Assembly: GCA_018238625.1 (NCBI GenBank)
Contig: JABCSY010000067.1
Location: 1-22,029, forward strand
Direction of reading: 5' to 3'
Length of the DNA stretch: 22,029 nt
DNA from: Promethearchaeota archaeon
GTDB taxonomy: Archaea; Asgardarchaeota; Lokiarchaeia; Sigyniarchaeales; SOKP01
Numbering within the stretch: the stretch's first letter is position 1; every line of letters begins with the position of its first letter. Below the pieces are notes generated by a model. That model made no database searches and had not been told where the DNA came from. It worked only from the letters and a program-made list of their open reading frames with translations. Shown piece after piece: positions 14,778-22,029 of this stretch. The position numbers were made by a program, and so were the translations under genes.

Positions 14778-15460
14778 AATTTTTTAATCACTAACTTTTT
14801 TTATTTTCAAAGAATGAAGATCACCACTTTGCCATATTAAGGTTTGCAATTTGGAAAAAAGTTCAAAAATATAGGTAATATAAGCGTAAATAATGAGATT
14901 TGAAACGGAAATGGAGTTAAATCTCCTGAAATTCATATATTTATAGGTAAAGATTTCATATTTAGAAGACCAAAATAAGTTTTTTTGTAAAAAACACAAT
15001 TTTGCAATTCTATTAGAAAAAAAAAAAAAAGTGTTTTCACGGTTGTTAAATTTACAGATTAAATTAGGAATGTAAAAGAATTTGAATGCTAAAATTAACT
15101 TAATATTGAGATTTCAAATTGATTACAATAATAATCTTAATAGAATTAAAATCCAATCGAATTGAAAGAAGATTTCATAAATCATTAAAACTGGATTATT
15201 TTTATTCGACTTTTCTTAAGTCTTCCGTTGAAACTACATGTTAATTATTATATTTGTCATAAATTTATGAGAACTGTCCTATTTAAACCCCAACTTTTTG
15301 AATAGTTTTATGATATAATAATCATATCTTAAATCAGCCCTTTTTTTATTGATAATTAATCACTTTTTTTCCAACAAAGCATAATCATTATATAGGGATT
15401 TAACGAATTGAAATTATATAATTTAAAATTATATGAAATTCAAATTTTAATGGAAATAAA

Positions 15461-17371
15461 ATGATCAAAATGAGATCTAAAACAAAAAAAATATCAATTT
15501 TAATTATTGTTGGATTCGTCTTTCCGTTACTGGTGAACTTACGCTTTAATTTTAGTGTAGAACAAAATTTCATAGAGAATATCGAATGTTCGGCGTTACA
15601 AGCACCAATCTTTATTAATGGCTCTGCCACTGGCGTCAACGCGCATAATTGGACTTGGGCAGAAGAACAACCATGGTGTTCTGGTTCAGGAACAGATATT
15701 GATCCATATGTTATTCAAAATCTAACAATAAATGGTTTTGAGACAGTAAGCTGTATTGAAATAAGAAACTCAATTGCTTTTTTCATTATCAAAGACTGTA
15801 CGTTATACAATTCGTCCAACTCTTTTCCTCATGCAGGAATCAAATTAGTTAATGTCAATAACGGCACTTTATTTAATAATAATTGCTCATTCAATGAAAA
15901 TTTAGGGATTTATTTATCTGAGAGTGATTTCAATAATATCACGGAAAATACCGCAAACAACAACAATGGTGGCATTGGTATAATAATGTATATTGATTGC
16001 AATAACAATATCGTATCTGGAAATACAGCAAATAATAATCATGACGGAATATATATAGGTGAAAGTGATAACAATATCATAACCGGAAATACAGCAAACT
16101 ATAACAAATATGGAATTACTGATCAATGGGCTTGGTATAATACTTTTTCAAGGAATATTGTAAACTATAACACTGAAAGCGGTATGTATTTTTCCACAAG
16201 TAATTTCGCTAGCGTATCTGACAACACGGTAAATGGTAATATTGAGGGGATTACTTTAGAGAATTGGAACTATAATAGTACTTTCGCGGGAAATAATATA
16301 AATGGAAATGATTATGGGATATTTTTATACCGTAGTGATTTCAATAACATCTCAGGAAATAATATAAAAAATAACGAATATGGGATATATTTTGAAGTCC
16401 CTAATCCTTCTTATTCTTGCGATGACTATAATATTACTAAAAATATCTTATACAATAATACTATAGGAATATATTTCGAACTGGATTCTGATAACAACTC
16501 AATCTATGAAAATTTCTTCCTGAAAAATGGAAAACATGCTATCGATGAGGGAACTGATAACACTTGGAATAGCACGACAATTGGTAATTACTGGGACAAT
16601 CATACTGGACCAGATGTAAGCCCTATTGATGGAATTGTCGATGATCCATATACCTATATTGGTGGTTCTACCGGAAGTATAGATTATTTGCCAATAGCTG
16701 AAGATGGAGCACCAGTAATAGCAATTAATTCACCTTCTCAAGGGAGTTTTTTTGGTGTTTCTGCTCCATCTTTCGATGTAACAATCACCGATGATTATTT
16801 GGATAGTATGTGGTATACTCTTGATGGAGGGTTACATAACTACACTTTTACGGAAAATAGTATAATTAATCAATCTGTTTGGGATAGTATAACCGATGGT
16901 AGCGTTACTTTAACTTTTTTTGCTTCCGATATACCTAAAAATATCGGATTTTCTGAAGTTTCATTAATAAAAGACGCTACAGCTCCAACAATCGTTGTCA
17001 ATTCTCCTACGAGTGGTGAAGAATTCGGTAATAATGCGCCTTCCTTTAACATTTCCGTCACAGACAACCATTTGGACCTGATTTGGTATTCTTTTGATGG
17101 TGGTTTAACAACATATATTATTACTACTAATACCAGTTTTAATCAATTAGCTTGGTCCGCTTTACCTGAAGGAAGCGTTACTATTACTTTCTATGCGAAT
17201 GATACCTCAGGAAATGAAGAATCTGAGGATGTAATAATAACTAAAAGCATTCCTATTGAAGATCCGGGAACGGTTATTATTACAATTATTATCGTTTTCT
17301 CTGTTGTGGGAGGCGTAGTCCTGATTAGTGTCGCATACCTCTATCTTAAAAAACGATCGGCAACAGCATAA
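15461..17371 (+). CDS. NosD beta-helix surface protein with two Ig-like domains and a C-terminal TM anchor
   Basis: Signal peptide; 'WCSGSGTDIDPYVIQNL'; beta-helix repeats; NosD end 'GNYWDN...DGIVDDPY...DYLPI'; two homologous 'AP.I..NSP..G..FG..APSF...TD..LD..WY..DGG' domains; TM followed by KKR. Confidence 0.9.
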   Translation: MIKMRSKTKKISILIIVGFVFPLLVNLRFNFSVEQNFIENIECSALQAPIFINGSATGVNAHNWTWAEEQPWCSGSGTDIDPYVIQNLTINGFETVSCIEIRNSIAFFIIKDCTLYNSSNSFPHAGIKLVNVNNGTLFNNNCSFNENLGIYLSESDFNNITENTANNNNGGIGIIMYIDCNNNIVSGNTANNNHDGIYIGESDNNIITGNTANYNKYGITDQWAWYNTFSRNIVNYNTESGMYFSTSNFASVSDNTVNGNIEGITLENWNYNSTFAGNNINGNDYGIFLYRSDFNNISGNNIKNNEYGIYFEVPNPSYSCDDYNITKNILYNNTIGIYFELDSDNNSIYENFFLKNGKHAIDEGTDNTWNSTTIGNYWDNHTGPDVSPIDGIVDDPYTYIGGSTGSIDYLPIAEDGAPVIAINSPSQGSFFGVSAPSFDVTITDDYLDSMWYTLDGGLHNYTFTENSIINQSVWDSITDGSVTLTFFASDIPKNIGFSEVSLIKDATAPTIVVNSPTSGEEFGNNAPSFNISVTDNHLDLIWYSFDGGLTTYIITTNTSFNQLAWSALPEGSVTITFYANDTSGNEESEDVIITKSIPIEDPGTVIITIIIVFSVVGGVVLISVAYLYLKKRSATA

Positions 17372-17564
17372 TTCTACTTAATTTTTTTTTTCCAAATGAT
17401 TTTATTGATTTAATTTAAGGTAATCATAAATCTCTTTTACGCTAAACAGTTTATTTATAAAAAATCGAAGAATTTCTACAAAGCCTTAATCTTTATATTA
17501 TTATATTGAATATTTTATATTGAAGTCAAAAACAATAAATAATTGAAAATTAAAATATTAGGTA

Positions 17565-17816
17565 ATGCCGAATCGTAAAAACAAGTTAGAACATAAGGAA
17601 AAACATAGAGACCTTCGATTCGCAAAATTAAGTTGCCCGCGATGTAAGTCCAAGAAGATGATTAGGTTTGCGTGGGAGTCTGGGGCTGAACTCGAATGCA
17701 CAGAGTGCGGAGAGCGATTTGACGAAGAAGACCTGTTAACTATCGACGACCCATCGAACATTTTAACGGTCAAAGAAAAGTTAGCGTTTGTTCGCACCTT
17801 TAAAGAAAGCGATTAG
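17565..17816 (+). CDS. Small Zn-ribbon protein
   Basis: CPRC...CTEC pair; SD-like AGGT just before the ATG. Confidence 0.7.
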   Translation: MPNRKNKLEHKEKHRDLRFAKLSCPRCKSKKMIRFAWESGAELECTECGERFDEEDLLTIDDPSNILTVKEKLAFVRTFKESD

Positions 17817-18104
17817 TTCTGATTTATTAAAGAAATCTACAAGAGAAGAAATTCATTTTCTTTAACAACAATTTTTATATTACTTTCCGCTCTTACACCA
17901 CTATGTATAATTCCTCCTATTTTTAATTCTCTAACTTCAAGTCTTTTTTCTAAGTCTTCGATTAATTTAATATCGTTTATTACTTCTCTTTTTTTTTTTG
18001 TTAACTTTTTATTACGTCGCGTCCTATTACAATAATAACAAGTTATAAATTCGCGGCGAACGATATAAAACTCATGACATGAATTAAAAGAGGAGACAAA
18101 AAAA

Positions 18105-18785
18105 ATGGGGTTGCAATTTGTTATAGTACACGGAGAGAAGATTGAAGTAAAGAAAGATATAACTTTGGAACTTTCAAAGATGAATATTAAAGACATTTCC
18201 GATATTAAGGGTTTGGAATCCCTCGCTAATCTAAAAATTTTAGATCTTGGTGGGAATCAGATTACCGAGATCAAGGGTTTGGAATCCCTCGCTAATCTAA
18301 AAGGGTTAAATCTTGGTGGGAATCAGATTACCGAGATCAAGGGTTTGGAATCCCTCGCTAATCTAAAACATTTAAATCTTGGTGGGAATCAGATTACCGA
18401 GATCAAGGGTTTGGAATCCCTCGCTAATCTAAAAGAATTATATATTTATCTTAATCAGATTACCGAGATCAAGGGTTTGGAATCCCTCACTGATCTACAA
18501 GATTTAAGTCTTAGTTTTAATCAGATTGCCGAGATTAAGGGTTTGGAATCCCTCGTTAATCTACAAGAGTTAGATCTTAATAGAAATCAAATTAGCGAGA
18601 TCAAGGGTTTGGAATCCCTCGATAATCTACAACGTTTAAATCTTAATAATAATCAGATTACCGAGATCAAGGGCTTGAAATCCCTCGATAATCTACAAAG
18701 TTTAGCTCTCTATAGTAATCAGATTCCAGAAGACTTGATTAATGAATTAGGCACTGACGCCAAAAAATATATTGATTACTGTTGA
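18105..18785 (+). CDS. SDS22-like leucine-rich repeat protein (22-aa repeats)
   Basis: Eight LxxLxNLxxLxLxxNQIxEIKG repeats; strong SD GAGGAG upstream; no signal peptide. Confidence 0.93.
   Translation: MGLQFVIVHGEKIEVKKDITLELSKMNIKDISDIKGLESLANLKILDLGGNQITEIKGLESLANLKGLNLGGNQITEIKGLESLANLKHLNLGGNQITEIKGLESLANLKELYIYLNQITEIKGLESLTDLQDLSLSFNQIAEIKGLESLVNLQELDLNRNQISEIKGLESLDNLQRLNLNNNQITEIKGLKSLDNLQSLALYSNQIPEDLINELGTDAKKYIDYC
18206..18725 (+). repeat. Coding 66-nt tandem repeat (45-nt near-constant block + 21-nt variable block)
   Basis: AATCAGATTACCGAGATCAAGGGTTTGGAATCCCTCGCTAATCTA or close variants start at 18255, 18321, 18387, 18453, 18519, 18585, 18651, with a partial at 18717. Confidence 0.95.
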
Positions 18786-18887
18786 AAAGAAGCTAAGAGG
18801 TTAGAAAATATTAAGAAAGATTAATCTTGATTTTTTGAAATTTTTTGTTTGATAATTATTTACAATTCCCATAAATCTAATTTTTTC

Positions 18888-18895
18888 TTTATAAA
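18888..18895 (+). promoter_or_regulatory. TATA box for a probably leaderless transcript of 18917
   Basis: TTTATAAA centred about 26 nt upstream of ATG 18917, the usual archaeal spacing. Confidence 0.5.
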
Positions 18896-18916
18896 TATTC
18901 ATCGTACTTTGATTTT

Positions 18917-19678
18917 ATGTTGGACCTATTCTTTTGGCTGTTCTTTATGCTATTAGTTTCCATCGTAGTTCAATCTTGGTATAGACGCGCTCATACCCCG
19001 GGTTTCAAAACCATTCTGCACGTTTTAGCCTTCGTTGGAGTTTTTGTCCACGAAGTGGCTCATTACACCTTCTGCGTTCTATTTGGCGTCAAAGTCGACA
19101 AAATTAGGATTAAGTATCGCAGCGAAGACAAAATAAGAGTCGCCCCTCACGGTTCGGTTGGCACACCCGAGCTCGAGCGAAATTCTTTCTTACAAACTTT
19201 TGCCGTCAGCGTAGCTCCGTTGCTGGTTTCCACCTTCCTTTTTCTCTTCTGCTTAGACGTCATTTTCAACATTGAAACTGATCCGTGGGTAAATGTAGTT
19301 GCCATCTTTTTCTGCGTATCGCTTATGATCGGTTCCGAACCTTCGGGACAAGACATGAGACTAATTGGCGTGACTTTTAGAAAGGACCCGAAATATTCGG
19401 TTTATCAAATAGCTTTAATCGTCGCGTCGGGGCTTATCGTGTGGTTTTTCGTCGACCTTTACTTTATCAGCCTACCCTTCGAAGTTCTTTACTATGTAGA
19501 ATACTTCTTTTTCGTTGTATTCGGTTATTTCGTTTTGAAAATTGCCTTTTGGATCGTCGGTCGTAGCTTCAGTGCTTTAAGCAAGACCAAATTTCCAAGC
19601 GTAAGGTTACTAACTCGAAAAAGAAGGTTTAAAATGTTTAGTCCAAGAAAATTACAAGAAAAAGAGGCGCAATGGTAA
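18917..19678 (+). CDS. Membrane-embedded HEXXH metallopeptidase (M50/M50B/DUF3267-like)
   Basis: 'GVFVHEVAHYTFC' within a TM; 'SVAPLL' (AGP-like) and 'EPSGQD' (PSxxD) motifs; multiple TM helices. Confidence 0.78.
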   Translation: MLDLFFWLFFMLLVSIVVQSWYRRAHTPGFKTILHVLAFVGVFVHEVAHYTFCVLFGVKVDKIRIKYRSEDKIRVAPHGSVGTPELERNSFLQTFAVSVAPLLVSTFLFLFCLDVIFNIETDPWVNVVAIFFCVSLMIGSEPSGQDMRLIGVTFRKDPKYSVYQIALIVASGLIVWFFVDLYFISLPFEVLYYVEYFFFVVFGYFVLKIAFWIVGRSFSALSKTKFPSVRLLTRKRRFKMFSPRKLQEKEAQW

Positions 19679-20023
19679 GTGAAAGGTTTTTGTTTAGTCG
19701 CGGTCGTAGTGGCTATGTTAATGTTTTACCAAAAAGAACCCGTATACACCTTAGTTATTATCGGTGTAGGACTGTTCTTCTATTTGTTCTATAAAGCGAG
19801 AAAGAGCGGAAATGGATTACTTGGAGTTCTTGCGAGCGGAAACCAAACTTCGCAAGATAGAAGATTCGACGATTTAATGGCATTAATTATGCTCCAACAA
19901 CTACTATCGAACGATCCTCAAGGCTCGAGCGCTTCGAGGGAAATATCTAACGAGAGCCAGAAGCGCCGAGAAGATGTAGATAAAATTCAGAGAGAAGTTT
20001 TAGACTTACTGGATAGCGATTAA
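19679..20023 (+). CDS. Small membrane protein (2 TM + helical tail)
   Basis: GTG directly after the upstream TAA in the same frame; two hydrophobic helices, then a charged coiled-coil-like C-terminus. Confidence 0.7.
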   Translation: MKGFCLVAVVVAMLMFYQKEPVYTLVIIGVGLFFYLFYKARKSGNGLLGVLASGNQTSQDRRFDDLMALIMLQQLLSNDPQGSSASREISNESQKRREDVDKIQREVLDLLDSD

Positions 20024-20043
20024 ATTTTAGATGTGATTAAATC

Positions 20044-20754
20044 ATGATCGAGCTCGAAAAATCGGCGATTTTTTCTTACATTTTCGATTTATCTAAGGAC
20101 AATGGACTTATATCGATCGCGGGAAAATCAGGTACAGGTAAGACCACCTTAGCGCTACAATTTGTTAGCACCCTTATAACTATCAAAATTCCTTACCGTG
20201 ACCAGTGCGTCTGGATACAAGCCAGCGAACAATTCCCTAAAAAAAGGTTAAGATCTCTTTTTAAAAGTTTTCCTGATAAAGTCAATTACATTCTGAAAAA
20301 TATTTTTGTTGCTCCTGGAATAAAACCTTTTTCAAACTACCAAAAGCAGTCGGCTTACTTTAGAAAATTGAAGACCACGATTTTTCCGAATAATGTCAAA
20401 ATTATCGTTATCGACAATATTTCTCATTTTCTGCGCTATTCTATCGCTTCTAACTCGGATTTTAAAAAGCGAGGTGCCATTTTGGACGAATTTTTCAGCG
20501 TCCAGTTATTTCCTTTAATAATGCGTTGCCTAAGAGAGAAAATAATTCTAATCTTGATCCACGAAGTATCTTTCGATCCTAACTCAGGCAAGACAAAACC
20601 TTTTTTTAGCAAGTTATACGATAGAATAAACTCGATAAATGTCAACTTATCGAAAGCTATAGGTTCGGGTTTAAAACAGATGGAAGTTAGTTCGAATGGT
20701 ACTTCTACGAAGTTTGTCTATGAAATTGGAGAATCCGGAATCGCAAATTTGTAA
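20044..20754 (+). CDS. RadB-like RecA/Rad51-family paralogue (ATPase core only)
   Basis: Walker A GKSGTGKTT; 'CVWIQASEQFPKKRL' (cf. YIDTE.F...RL); Walker B IIVIDNI; no N-terminal HhH; the RadB KHR triplet is not seen. Confidence 0.78.
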   Translation: MIELEKSAIFSYIFDLSKDNGLISIAGKSGTGKTTLALQFVSTLITIKIPYRDQCVWIQASEQFPKKRLRSLFKSFPDKVNYILKNIFVAPGIKPFSNYQKQSAYFRKLKTTIFPNNVKIIVIDNISHFLRYSIASNSDFKKRGAILDEFFSVQLFPLIMRCLREKIILILIHEVSFDPNSGKTKPFFSKLYDRINSINVNLSKAIGSGLKQMEVSSNGTSTKFVYEIGESGIANL

Positions 20755-20844
20755 TAAGGGTTAGCATTTCCGATTATATAAAGGCAAAATTTTCGTGTGC
20801 CAATTTTCCTTTTCCTTTAAATACATAGGTGAAGAATCTTATTT

Positions 20845-21222
20845 ATGATCAATGCGCCAAACTTCACGATCTCGAACGGGATAAAATGTTCGATCTGCCG
20901 AGCTGACATAAAAGAGCGACATAAGATGTACCAGACAAGCTTGAAGCTTGGAGTGATCTGTAGGTCGTGCCGAAAATGCTTTTCAGACGAAGATATTGAA
21001 ATGATAGTGAATTTATTTTTTGCTTTTGGAGGTTATTTTGGCAAATTCGACAAATCCGAGTTTTATATCGATGAAGTTATAGTTGAGTTCGCTGATCAGT
21101 TAGAAAATAGAGAAATAAATCTTCACTCTGCTAACGTTAAAATGTGGCACAAAGTCTTAACCCACGGTATTACACCGCAAGAATTTTTAGAAGAATTATC
21201 TATATATATTGAACAAATATAA
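20845..21222 (+). CDS. Zn-finger protein (CxxC...CxxC) with helical C-terminus
   Basis: CSIC...ICRSC; TTTAAATA (20816-20823) and SD-like AGGTGA upstream. Confidence 0.7.
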   Translation: MINAPNFTISNGIKCSICRADIKERHKMYQTSLKLGVICRSCRKCFSDEDIEMIVNLFFAFGGYFGKFDKSEFYIDEVIVEFADQLENREINLHSANVKMWHKVLTHGITPQEFLEELSIYIEQI

Positions 21223-21372
21223 TTCAATTTTAAGACAACCATTCAAGAATTTTCTTAGCGATCAAGAAGACTAAATTCGTAAAATTTTCTCAATTCTCTT
21301 GTTTTTTTCTTTATTAATAACCGTTTCTAATCTGATTTAATTCAAATTACAACATGGAGTTGATATCGAAAA

Positions 21373-22029
21373 ACGTCAGATTTAGACCAAGTAAAAGGGA
21401 TCAACGCTCGACAAATTAAGCTCATGCAAGAGAGCGGTATTAGCACGGCGGAGGCTTTAGCGATGTCCCCACATAATATCATATCGGAGATCGATGGTCT
21501 AGGCGATAAAACCGCCAAAAAACTGATTTGGAACGCACGAAACGCGTTAGGAATGACTGAGTTCATACCAGCAGAGGATATCTACGAGAACACCGAGTAT
21601 ATTACCACCGGCTCTTCCGAACTAAACAGAATTTTAGGCGGAGGATTCCAAACCGGCAAACTTACCGAAGTGTATGGGCCCTTTAAGTCCGGGAAAACTA
21701 ATTTAGCCCACACGATCGCTGTAACCATTCAGCTTCCTAAAAAACAAGGAGGTTTAGGTTCGACTGTAGCCTACATCGACACCGAAAACACATTTTCTAA
21801 GGAAAAGATCAAAAGAATCGCTAAAAGGTTTGGACTCGAACCAAAAAAGGTACTATCGCAGATCTATCACGCCAGGATTTATTCGTCGGACCATCAATCG
21901 CAAATGATTCAAAAAGCGGAGGCGCTATGTAAAACTCGAAATGTGCGGCTAATCGTAGTAGACAGTTTGATGGCTCTATTGCGGACTGAATACGTGGGTA
22001 TTGGCATGTTAGCTCGCCGACAAAGCTTT
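21373..22029 (+). CDS. radA: RadA/Rad51-family recombinase (divergent), 3'-truncated by the window end; start codon anomalous
   Basis: Own translation: (ACG)SDLDQVKGINARQIKLMQESGISTAEALAMSPHNIISEIDGLGDKTAKKLIWNAR (HhH domain), EFIPA (FxxA), ITTGSSELNRILGGGFQTGKLTEVYGPFKSGKT, LPKKQGGL, YIDTENTF, LIVVDSL, EYVGIGMLARRQ. Missing from the ORF track because no stop falls in the window. Confidence 0.9.

Noticed and set aside
14784-14999. 71-aa ORF upstream of the TFB-like gene
   Set aside because: Composition typical of AT-rich non-coding DNA (F/I/Y/K-rich) with no motif or SD; more likely promoter/leader.
17837-18196. 119-aa minus-strand ORF
   Set aside because: Its 5' half is antisense to the LRR start and crosses a T-homopolymer; only the last ~45 codons look protein-like and have no clear start, so at most a small relic.
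18206-18725. CRISPR-like look (constant 45 nt + variable 21 nt)
   Set aside because: The period is exactly 66 nt, fully in frame within an LRR ORF; the variable parts are homologous to each other; no cas genes or leader.
9497-21566. Antisense ORFs 9497-9778, 15400-15639, 15914-16126, 16870-17067, 17558-17797, 19147-19356, 20436-20645, 21342-21566
   Set aside because: All lie opposite recognisable genes; 21342-21566 is the shadow of radA.

Overview
AT-rich archaeal DNA. The gene content points to an Asgard archaeon of the Lokiarchaeia type (inferred from a non-canonical TFB paralogue, SDS22-like LRR, NosD beta-helix surface proteins with an IPGY-type C-terminal anchor, Hef and RadA). From left to right: a 5'-truncated O-antigen ligase/polymerase fragment; a YhaM-like OB+HD nuclease; small hypotheticals; a minus-strand run (tandem wHTH protein, Hef/FANCM helicase with an apparently dead ERCC4 domain, DUF1922-like Zn-ribbon/wHTH protein, hypothetical); a 976-aa membrane-anchored prenyltransferase-like alpha/alpha-barrel protein; a head-to-tail duplication of NosD/pectin-lyase-fold genes plus a relic of a third; a 2-TM PH/GRAM-like protein; a divergent TFB-like gene; a NosD+Ig surface protein; a Zn-ribbon protein; an LRR protein; an M50-like HEXXH peptidase; a small membrane protein; a RadB-like ATPase; a Zn-finger protein; and a divergent RadA running off the right edge (absent from the ORF track). 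The most striking observation is that three loci have ACG exactly where an ATG start is expected (radA, the 2208-2690 gene and the NosD relic), in DNA that appears CpG-enriched. No rRNA, tRNA, CRISPR array or transposase was recognised. All family calls come from motif reading by eye, not database searches.
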